64,000 bases of DNA, from positions 358,484,001-358,548,000 of the forward strand of contig OZ024743.1 of NCBI GenBank assembly GCA_964016885.1, read 5' to 3'. The notes under the pieces were generated by a model. That model was not told where the DNA came from, did no database searches, and saw only the letters and a program-made list of their open reading frames with translations. A program made the position numbers and the translations under genes. Below are positions 35,301 to 47,400 of this stretch, in pieces. The stretch's first letter is position 1. Every line of letters starts with the position of its first letter. The stretch is from Eledone cirrhosa. Lineage: Eukaryota.

Positions 35301-38300
35301 CTGGTCCATTGATAGCTGCTGTTTCCAGCTAGGTGAGTTGCTACACATTTTTGGCTGTCCACAACTAGTATTGGTGGGCAAAGACATGAAAAAATAGAGG
35401 AATAGTCTCACTTTTTGTTATTTAGAACGGAATTATACAAATAAAAAAGAAAGAACATGTATGGCGGCACATGGCTTAGTGGTTAGAGCATTGGGCTTGC
35501 AATCGAAAGGTTGTGAGTTCAATTTTCAGACCGGGTGATGTGTTGTTTCCTTGAGCAAGACATTTTATTTCACATTGCTCCAGTTTACTCAGCTGTAGAA
35601 ATGAGATGATAGGGACAGGGGTCCAAATCATTCCATTGCAAAGTGGTCGTGAAGGTGCCACAACAAAAAAAAAAGCACCCAGCACTCACTGTAAATGAGG
35701 TTGGTGTTAGGAAGGGCATCCAGCTGTAGAAATCAAGCCAGAATCAGTTCCCGTCCCACCCTTGCAAGCAGGGAAAAGGCGGACGTAAAATGAAATGATG
35801 ATGATGTTGCTAGACTTAGACTTAGTAACAGGGAAGGAGAGGGGCTACTGACATGAGAAAATAAAGAGAGTTGGGGATTGTGGAAGTTTGTGATTTTCTG
35901 TTTCTTTGTTGTTGTCATTTAGTCCCTTTAATAAAGTATGTTCTGTTAAAATTGGACAGTAGTTAAAAAAAAAGTTTGGGAAACACTGATTTAGTTGGAC
36001 AGGTTTGTTATTTGGTGTCTTGATCCTCCCAATTTTTTTCATGTTTAGGAGAATCTATGGAATCATATGGTTATGGAGGTACTGGCAAATTTTCTGTGAA
36101 CTTGAATTTCTCCAACTATGGTGAGCGCTTTGGTGTAGGTGATGTTATTGGATCATTGCTAGACTTACAGTCTCACCCACCAACAATTTCCTTCACTAAA
36201 AATGGCCGCTGGTTTGGAAATGCTAATGTGTTGCATGGCTATCCTGTGGGAGTAAAATCTAAAGCTTTATTTCCTCATATTCTTTCAAAAAATTGCAGGT
36301 AAGTTTTCCTTTATTTCATTTTCTCCAACCTTTAAATTATTTTAATTTGTAATTAGCTTTTTCTGTGCCATATTTCTAATGAAAGACACTACCATTGGGT
36401 TTCAAATAATTTTGAAAATAATCAAGAATTTGGTGAAATTGAATTATCTAACCAACGTTCTGATTATTAAACTGGTATTTGGAGCATAGTTGAACAAGGA
36501 TTCATACATAAAATCATGACGGAAGGTTTTTAAACAAATCTCAACAGGGGTGGTTTCAATTGATATTTTGTTTTTGTTTGTAATCTCATTTTTATTATAC
36601 AGGCAATAAAATCCTCTTCAATATTCAAGAATTTTTCCTTTAAATACAGGTAGGCTTTGTTGGAAATATTTTTTAATAAAGAAGACATGAGTGAGGTGTG
36701 TTAACTGCCTCGACCAACTAAAGGACCAGTTTCCAGCATTATGATAGTACTGATGTCAATAATGATAATTTCTAACTTAAAGGCATAAAGCCACAAGTTT
36801 AGGAGCAAGAAACAAGGAGAATGCTGAAATGATAAGTGGAATTTACAGCTTTCATATGCAGGTTTAGCTGACCCCCTACAAGGTTGTATCTCATTAGGTT
36901 TCTTGGCTGTTTTAATTACAAAAAGCAACATGAAATGAAGTATAATGCTCAAGAACACATCCTGTTACAGAAATCTGATTCAAGACATAATCAAGACCAG
37001 CAAACCTATCCACCAGGCAATGCACCCTCTCTAGAATAAGAATATTGCTTGAAAATATTCTAGTGTAAAATATTTCTTAGTTATATATATAATAGGAGGC
37101 AAAACGTCTATAAATGCCTTGTGGGAGTTGTGCTGGCTCCTGGTGCTCGGAGTTCAAATACCACTGAGGTCAATTTTACTCTTCATCCATTTGCTGTTAA
37201 TGTACCACTCTAGCTTGGTGGATTGGCGAACTGTTAGAATTCCAGATGGGATATCTTGGAGTATTTGTTCCGTCTCTGTGTGTTCTGAATTCAAATCCTG
37301 CTTCCTGTTACAGAAAAAATGTTGACATGATAAAGCTGTAGCCTCTAGCATTAAAATACTCAAGAAGTTCCTATGAGATGCAACTTCATAGGAAGAATGT
37401 GAAACTTTTCTTCATTCTCGTGCTTTTGTGCGACTTTCTACTCTTTTATCTCTTACGTCATACAAAATCTAACATCTATCTCAATTAACGGTAGCAATCT
37501 TACTCATCACTCTTAACTGGAGCAATCTCACTCATCACTCTTAATGATGTGATCAAAGTTAACTCAGGGACTATCTATTATAACATTTTATCCTTAAATG
37601 TCATGGTAAAAAAAACAATTTTTAAGATTTTGAATGGCACAACAGTAGTGAACAAAATGTTTTGCTGGATTTAGTAATGGCACTTTATGTTCTAAGTTTA
37701 ACTCCTTCTATGGTTGACTTTGTCTTTTATCTTTCCAGGGTCAGTAAAATATGTACCAGTAATACACTGGGTTTGAATTACCTATATTCCTCTAAAATGT
37801 ATGACCATATGTCTAAGCTAGAAACGATTATTTTCCAATAATAAATAGAAATACCATTACTATCCAAATATATTTTATTCATTTCAAGATTCAAAGTTAA
37901 TTTTGGTCAAACTGATCCCTGGTTTTCTCCACCACCTGGTTTTGTCTATATAGACCATATACCATTAGCAGACCGTGTACGAGGACTTACAGGACCTTGT
38001 AAAAAGGCTGATTGTGAGGTAATAGTTTTTTTTTATATATTAAACCCTTTGTGATTGTATTTTTAGTGTACTTGATTTCAATAAGTTAATGAAGAATTTT
38101 GAGGGATTTACTAAATTTATTAATTATTTCATGATTAAGATATGGGTTAACTATAAAATCATGTTGGAAGATTTTAATGTAAACAGAACCTTTTGTTTCA
38201 TAGAACCAGAGCTGGTTTTTGTTCAGTTGATTTCAAGAGTTAAATATATTGGGTGATATGGAAAAATTGTGGTTAACTGATATTGTGCCTTTACTATAAC

Positions 38301-38385
38301 CTCAGGTTCACCAGTACCTTCTTAGTGAAATTTGGTAGGCAGAAACTGCAGGAGCCTGTTGTGTATGTGTGTGTGTGTATATACG

Positions 38386-38418
<33 letters not shown>

Positions 38419-41400
38419 ATATATATATACGGGATAACAAATTATTGTTATAGGTAGTCCACTTAGATGTAGTCCAAGTAGTGGATAGTATTAACGCTTG
38501 GCTAAGTTTGACTCAACAAGATGTTTCCAGTATGCTGCGAGTATGTGGTGATTTCTATGTAGCTTACACTTGGAGTAATAATAAATCAAGAAAGAAGAGT
38601 GACATGGTTTGCTATACAATAAGGGCTTTATTCACATTGCTGACAAGTGTTTCTCTGAACTGGTAGGTCTAGTGATCGCTACCCGCCTGTTTTTGTGTCA
38701 ATTGATCACCAATACTTTGTTATAACCAGTCAGTTCATCAGAGCGTGCAAGAATGGAGGGAATACACAGGCATGGCTTCTATATATATAGTAGTACCAGT
38801 TCAGAGAAACAATTGTCAGCAATGTGATAAAGCCCTTATTGTATAGCAAACCATGTCACTCTTCTTTCTTGATTTATATGTATATATGCCTGCATTTGTT
38901 TATGTTCTGTAACCTGGCAGTTTAGAAGAAAGCAATTGATAAAATGAGAATTAAACTAAAAGAAATATGTACTGGGGTTAATATTGACAAAATCCTTTCA
39001 AGGTGGTGCCTGAGCAAGATCACTGTTTAATGATTGAAACCAGTAAAAGAATAAAATTAAAGTAACGTGAAAAAATTATTTATGTAAGAATGAAGCAGCA
39101 GACAGTTATCTGTAAGAGATTTTTAAAATGATTTTATATTTTATAATTGCTTTATTTGTTTTTTTCCCCCGCGTATTTCTTTTTGTGTAATTTGTTTTGC
39201 ATGGTTAATAAGTTTACTTTGCAACCATGTGATTTCAAGTGTTTTCTATTATAATTTATTGCATTTTACTTTTATTTTAGATGAATATGATTGTTGGGTT
39301 GCCTGGTGCTGGTAAGACCACATTTGGTATTCAGAAACAGAAACAGTTTCCAGATAAGCGATATAATATTATTGGAACAGATACACTCATTGAAAAAATG
39401 CGTGTGATGGGCCTTGCAAGAAAAAATAACTACCATGGTCGTTGGGAGGTTTTGATTCAGAAGTCATCAAGATGTTTGAACAAGTTGTTTGAAATAGGTG
39501 AGAATTTGTACTTCACTTAAGATTTTGTTTTTGGCTAAATTCATTAATAGATTAAATACTTTATATTATATGTAAAAATATATGGTTTATTGCCAGGTAT
39601 CGATGTCATATTGTTAATGTAATGTTTAGGGCCATCTGAGACAATAGAATGACTATATTTTACACTATATAGTTTAGTATCTCCGTGTTCTGAGTTCAAA
39701 TCTCACCAGCATCAACTTTGCCTTCCAGTCAAAATATACTAGATTGCTAGCAGGGAAAGCAGACGTTAAAACGACAATGATGATTAATATGATTCTTTTG
39801 ATTACAGTCAATCAAGTTTCTGTAACTGATGCAACCAGTTGTTGGGTTGCCACTCTAGATATTTTATTGTGTGTCCATATGGCATTTCAGCATGTCTTAG
39901 AAATGATTGGCAATGCCCATCTGTTCTCATAGTGTCCAGTCTCATTAAGTTTAGGCTACCATTGTCACTCTCCTTTTGAAGAAAAAAAAAAACAGCTGCT
40001 TTTATGCTCAGAAGAAAGATGTCAATATTTTGGATCTGAGTTTCATTGATATCTTGTAAATGGTTTCAGGCAAAGCTAGCTCAATATAGATAAATGTAGT
40101 TCCAGTTACTATTTTTATACTGTTTTCACTTTGTAGGCATTGTTGAATAATTTGGCTTCCCTAAAACTTTACATCTGTTGAATCATAGATATAAATTTGG
40201 TTTCTTTTAGAAAAAGAAAAATCAAGTTTCATGGGCAGCCGGTCTTAAACTCCTCTTTTATAGCTTGCAGTACAATAATAAACATGAGGGCTAACAACAG
40301 AACCCTGGTGGATGCCAAACTACACGTTAAATTCCTTGTTATAGTCGTTGTTAATCCTAACTTTGATAAATATTGCATAATGTTTGTGAGAATGTAATTA
40401 AGCCATGTTACCTTTGGAAGAGAGATTCTATATTATATTGTCTAAATTGCTTTCAAAGAATTTGTGTGATTGTTTGTGGTTTACTTATACTTTTGCTCTG
40501 AAATAAATAAAAAAAATCTTATAAATAAATGTTTGCATTCATTTTCTGCTCTTTTCTTGTTTCATTAGCCTCTCGAAAGAAAAGAAATTATATTCTTGAC
40601 CAGACCAATGTGTACCCTTCTGCACGCAAACGGAAAATGAGATATTTTGAAGGGTTCTACAGGCGTGCTTGGGTCATTGTACCTGAAGATGATGAATTTG
40701 AACGTAGGTCAATAAAGCGCACCGTTGAAGATGGTAATACTTCTTTCATGCTTCAGTTCCTTCATTTGAACATTTAAATATATATATTGTTACTATTTTT
40801 AACATTTAACATTATACCAGAATCTTAAATTCACAAGTTTTTTTTTCTCCACTTTTATTGTGGGGATAGGATCCAGTTAGGTTTCAGGATGCAAATACTT
40901 CAATGTTCCCCTGCTTAGGCTTAGTGGAGGTTAATTCAATATCCATCAATAAAAACAGTATTTTGGTACAAAAGACATCATGAATATACTGGTAACAATT
41001 TGGCACACAAAAACTTTATATCTGCTAAGAAAGGTTGTAAAATATCTTAGTTCTGATATTCCATTGGTAATGATGGAATTCTTCTATCAGTCATCATTAT
41101 TTAGTGGCTAATTTGCAGATTTGTGAGAGCATAGAACAACAATACTTTGTAGTATTTGTTCTACCTCTCTGCACTCTGAACTCACATCCTACCAAGGTCA
41201 GCTTTATCTTTTGATAAAATAAAGTACCAGTCCAGAGCAGTGGATTGGCAGAATTGTTAGAGCATTAGGTGAGATATCTTGCTGTATTTGTTCTGTGTTC
41301 TGAGTTCATTTAACTCTGTTGTCCGCTTGATTTAATATGTCTCCTGGTTCTTGGATGATTTTTTAGTAGACACCATTCTATTGCAAGCATTCTATAGGCC

Positions 41401-44400
41401 CTTCCCTCCCTGGCTAAACATTAAAAAAAGCTATTAATATCACCACAGACTTCACAAACGAGCTGGGACACCCCAGACTATCCTAAACATTACTTTATCT
41501 TCAACATAAATGTTTATCAAAATATCTTTAAATTTTGTTTGTTTTGTATTTTTGCTTTTTTTTCTTTCTTTTCCTCTTATTCTAGGTAAACATGTTCCAG
41601 TTGAAGCTGTTTTGGAAATGAAAGCTAATTTCACTCTGCCTGAGGATGATGATCCACTGGCTGCAGTTGAATTTGTGGAGTTACCTAGGACATCAGCAGC
41701 AGTTCTTGTGGATGGGTAGGATATAATTCATTTTATTTTGTCATCTATTCTGACAAACTTTTTATAATGAGAAAATCATATTACCTTTATGACCAGGCAT
41801 TGTATAGTGATTGAATGGCTTTATATCAAAATTAAGTATTTAAGTACTAGCATAGTACCCATAAAAATGATGGGGTTTATAGTAAACATTATTTGATTTA
41901 ATAATTCCTTGGTTACAACATTCTATATAGAGATGTTTTAATCTTTGATTTCTCTTGACCATCACCCTCTTGACACTCTAACCATCGCTGTATTTCATTT
42001 AAATTATTGTAAATCATTTACAATAATGTCCCTCAATGTTTTCTTTAATCGCAATGATGACTTTGTTCCACTAATGTATTTATCTATCTTCAGACTACTA
42101 TTGGAATTTGTGCTTTGATGTTCTTGTCTGAAGATGGATACATTGATAAATAAACATAAATAGATACCTATATATTGACAGATAGGTAGATAGAGAAACA
42201 AACAGATAGGTAGATAGATGTAGTTTTTTCTTATTGCCCAAAGATAGATACACTGGTAGATAGCTACTGTGTTACCACTGACCATCTTGTCATCACTTAT
42301 TGAGGAAGGGGGGAAGATGTCAAAATACTATTTCCCAGCCAAATCTAGCACAAAGTGGTTACCATATGCTGCTTGCATTTTATTGTTATGATACTCTTAT
42401 AAAAAAAGCTTTGATAAAATTCTTTTTTTTTTTTTTTTCTTTTAATTTTAAATGTATTTAGATAGCATTTGTTTGCAGTAAGCAGTAGTTGTTGAACAAT
42501 GCAGTGTTATGCCTTTAGACAAAGTATTTCTCTTAAATTCCCTGAATATTTTCACTTCGGGCAGGGCTACTGACCTCTCAGATGGGCTGGTGGGCCGGCA
42601 TCTCACTTGCATACAGTCTCGTACTAAGTGCATTTTTTTGATACCAGCACAAATGAATGTACTGACACAACTGAAGGGTCCTCCCAGCCCTTTGGCAAGC
42701 TTTCTATGGCTTGATGGTCTTCCTGTCACCAACCACTTTACATGTACTGGATGTATTTATCAATATACATCGACAACATGATAGATTGTTGTGCATTTGA
42801 TAAAACTAAAAGGTCTTTTCAAGCCTTTTTTTTTTTTTTTTTGCATGATTTCTTCAGCATGGTTCCCTTCCTAACATCAACCACTTTGAAGGGTGTATTG
42901 GGTGTATTTTCGTGGCACCAACACTAGAGAAGTTGTCAGTTATTGTCCCACTTGAAGAGCCTTCTCTGTTTACATTTATCTAAAAACATTCCACCATAAT
43001 GAAAAAGTTTGTTATATTACTAGATCCCTCCAAATTCTTCATTATTTTCGAAATGATATGAAAGTTATAAGCTGTGCTTTTCATTAGAAATATGATTTCT
43101 ATCAGTGAGTAATTATTTTTCATGATTTATATTTTTAGCTACAGAAAGGAAGGTGTTGAAAAACGACCTCGCAAAGAATTGGTTTTCCGTCATGATTCAC
43201 CCAAAGCACATCAAAATACTTCTGCATCTTTTACATATTCAAGTTCAAGCACAGTTTATTCTTTTCCAGTAAGTTCATTATTTTTTAACATGCCACTGTT
43301 TGTTGTCTTAATATTTTGGTTATTTTATTTTTTTGGGGTGGTTTTGTTGCATTTTGTTTTACCAGTACTTCTCTTTGGAAGTGAAGTGTGTGTGGAGTGA
43401 TATGATTTTATACATGGATGTATTCAGAAGCATATGTTTTAGGGTTTTACAAATGACTGGAAAATTCTTTACCAAAATTAATGTGGAGCTGTTTTCTAAT
43501 TATTTAGTTTTTATATGAAGTGATGTCTTAAAATTTTAAAGAAAAAATATGCTTAATCTTGTGGCTATACTTTTAGTAATATTGTAGTATGGAGGAGATA
43601 AGGAGGGTCTAAGTTTAATATGTCAATTAAAAAAATTAATAGGTATAGGAGATGAGCAATCATTGGTTGCCTGGTTTGGTTAGTCATTATATACTTCTTG
43701 ATAAAGGGGTAAACGTATAAAATTATTGGCTTATTATAGCTAATTGTTTTATTTTGATTGGTAGGCATTTAGGAAGGTTAGTTTTAGAGATTAATGTATT
43801 GTTTTTTAGTATCTTTTTATGCTGCAATTTTCAAATGGTGAAGGTTAGTGTATTGTCTTTGTTAATGATTTGTTTATTAAGGTTAGCTTTCAGAAAGTAA
43901 AAATAGAATAAATGCTTCTCTAATGCCGAGTTATCCTTAATTGAATTAAAATAAAGATAAAAAATTAAAAAAATGGGTGACCACACAATAAGCTGAAAAC
44001 AAGATCAACTTTATCAATGTGAGATTCTTTCTAGCATGGCAGTTATGTATTCAGTATCTTCCCCTTGTCCTACTCTGATCTTCTATGCTCTGTACACTGT
44101 TCAGATGGCAAAAAAATGTAAAGAGGTCAATTTTAAGGAGTGTTTTTTAGTGTTAATTCTATTTAATTTTCATTTCATAGAAATTTTGGAATTGTGACCA
44201 TAATGCCCTTCTTTATTATGCATGGTTAGTGAAAGTATTGATCAGTGATTAGGCTGTTCAATTCATGACCATGAGGTTGTGAGTCGGATTTCTGGTGGTA
44301 CATTGTCCCTAAGCAAGACAGTTGCAATTCGCGTTGCTTCATTCAACTCAGTTGGCAAAATTAAGTTGTTTCTGAAATTCAATGAGCCAGCCTTGTCATA

Positions 44401-47400
44401 CATGTCACACTGAAAGTTCAAGAACTATGTTAAGAGTACATATGTCTGTGGAATGCTCAGCCACTTGCACTTTAATTTCACAAACAACAGCCTGCTCACT
44501 AATCATTGGAGCCAGCACTCTCTCTCTCTCACCACGGCTTGGCATTTGATAGATTTGTAGATTTCTTCCCAATGAAGTAGTTGTTTTTCAGTTGGCATCT
44601 TTGTTTTCATTAACATTATCATTTTTACACCTTTTTTTTTATCTCTTATGCAAGAGATTAAATGAGTTCTCTTCAGCACAGCATCCCTCCATTTATCTCT
44701 TAACTTTGTGATCCTTTTTCCCTTCTGCCCCAGTCTTATTTGATTTATCTCTACCGTATCTTCCTTCCACTTGAAACTCATCATTTGTATATTTTGTTTC
44801 CATAACAGTGCAATCTTCTCTTTTTCACACTACATCTGATTCCTCTTATACCTGTTTTTTCTTTCAACTCATCTGCGCTTCATCTTTTATGCATCCAACA
44901 GTGTATGCTCAATTCATGTCTTTCTAGCCTTCATATATCTTCTAACATGCAACGTTGTACTTCGTACACAGGCACCATACAAGCTATTCTTTGCTCATGG
45001 AAAGAGAATCCCTTTGTTACCAGCAGTTAGTAGCGCCCTAAACTTTTGTACAAGTAAATTTATAGATTGATGATATTAACGTAAGAAGTATAATATAATA
45101 ACTGTAGTTAAAGTTTGAAATATGTCTAACAGGTTAGCGAGTGTGTGTATGAAGTAATATAAAATACTGAAAAAGAAAGTTATAATCGAATTCACTTTGC
45201 CAAAAAAATGTAAAATAGCTATAATTATATATTAACTATCGTTTAGTATATGAAATAGTTTTACTGTGCAACATCTAGGAATGATTTGAAAAGTGTATAA
45301 TACTCTACAGTTTCACATTTTAATTATTTAAATTTTTAAATTGCTTATTTATTCATCTTTCTTATGCTAAAAAAAACAAAACCTCACCTGTTGGTAATCA
45401 AGCATTTCAGATGTACAGCTGAAGTTCTTTAGTGGATCTGAAATAGTTAGGGGTTTGCTGGTGATATACATTATACAGATACAGAAAATTTCTATTGTGA
45501 TTGGAAATCTTACCTGCTAAAAAAAAGAAATTTTAATATTGAATGAATTTAAAAACTAGTTTTAAAAGGTTTTAAGAAATTTTAACTCATATTTCGATAG
45601 ATCATGCAGCCTGATTAACCCTAATTTGTACCTAACCCAATTCTGCTATACATAACTGTTAGTTTTAAAATTTATATATTTATCCAAAAACAATTCCTCT
45701 ATCATAATTTTATATAAGAACCTTTCTAATGTTTCAAACACCAAATTAATAATGAGAAACTTAGTTATATTACTAATCTTGGTGTAGTGTGTGTTTTCTA
45801 GTTTCTATGTGAATGAGTAGTGGTTATTTTTTGTTTCTTTTTTCATTTTATATGTGTGTGTATACTCTCTCATAAGCATTGACTCACCAACTCATATATT
45901 GTGTTTGTTATTTTGGATAGCAATACTCCATTGGTGATGTTAATAAATATACTTAAATATATCTTTGGTTTAGGTGTGGTATCATAAGTTAAGTTTTCTT
46001 AGTTGCAAAATATTGATTGATGAGGAGGTAATTAAAAAAATAATTTGTTGTAATTCCACTTTAGCACATGAATTTTTCACCTCCTCAAGGGGTGCATAAT
46101 AATTTTACATGGTTTAAAAAACTAATATTTGACAAAGTTATGAAAAAGTTTTTTGTTGTTGTTTAGATGCTTTTGTCAATATTTGTTAATGTTTTGTTTG
46201 TTTGTTTAATACTTTTTTACATTGATTGTTTTCTTTTAATTTTCTATAATTCTCCCTGATAAGAACTGTTAAACTTTTCAGGCTCAAAGGAAAATATCTG
46301 ATTCCAGTGCTGCAGTATTTACAGCAGCTAGTACTGCTACTTCAGTCCAACCAGTGGCTACTGATAATCCTACAGGGATTAAAGAGGAAATTGGGGTAGT
46401 CAAAAATCAAACAGATGTTATTGGATTGGCAACAGGAACAAACTTTGGGAAAGATTTAAGCCAAGCTGTAAAACAGGAACCTGTTGAAGAAAATGTTGAT
46501 AGTAAAAACATTAGTGGCAGTGGCTGTGAGAAAACTGATGGCAAACAGAACAGCGACAAGAACAGCCAAAAGATTTCTGAACACAATCCTAAATGTAGTT
46601 CCTCTCAGTCTCAAAACAGAGTCTCTTCAAATTCTGATAGATCACGCGAGAGGTCTCGCAGCAGAGACAGGTCTTGGGGTGAGAACAGTAGTGGGAGCAG
46701 ATCTAGGGATAGATATCGAAGTAGAGACAGGTCTCAAGATAGACGTGGCAGGGATAGGTCAAGAGGTAGAGAAAAGAGGCATGATAGATACAGGTCTCGA
46801 GACAGTCATCGCAGTAGGGATAGTTCTCGAGAGAGATACTACAGCAGGGACAGATCCCGAGATAGGCACCGGGACTCGTATAGAAGTAGATATCGAGACA
46901 GGCGTCGGTCTAGAGAACGGTCTTACGATAGTGACAAGTATCAAAAAAGAGATTGGTCTCAGAATAGATATGACTCTGGCAATCAACATTCATTCGATAC
47001 TAATAAGCAAGACAGTCAATCGTACAACAAAGCGTACACTGAAGGCAAGGAAACAGTTTTTGAAGGTGAAAATCAGACTCGCGGTATGTCTTACCAATCT
47101 GGTTCAAGTTTGACACCAAACATTGCTTCCTTAAACAAGGAACAATCATATAGTTTTAATTCCAGCAACATCAATGAACCTTTCAAAGAAACAAACAAAT
47201 CCAATGGAAATGACTTCAAGGATCTTTTTGGAACTTGTGATGTTGATTACAGAGTTCCTTCCTCGTCTTTAGTTTTAGGGAATCAAGGTCCCTCCTCTCA
47301 GACCAACCAAACTGATGTCTCTGCAGATTTTTCTAACTCTGCTGTTAAACAACCATCACCTTTTACAAATAACAGTTCTGTTAGTAATCCTCAACGGTGG

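Noticed and set aside
46484-47113. 209-aa overlapping ORF in an alternative frame
   Set aside because: It is a by-product of the repetitive Arg/Ser/Asp codons, starts at a non-ATG codon, and has no recognisable protein features.
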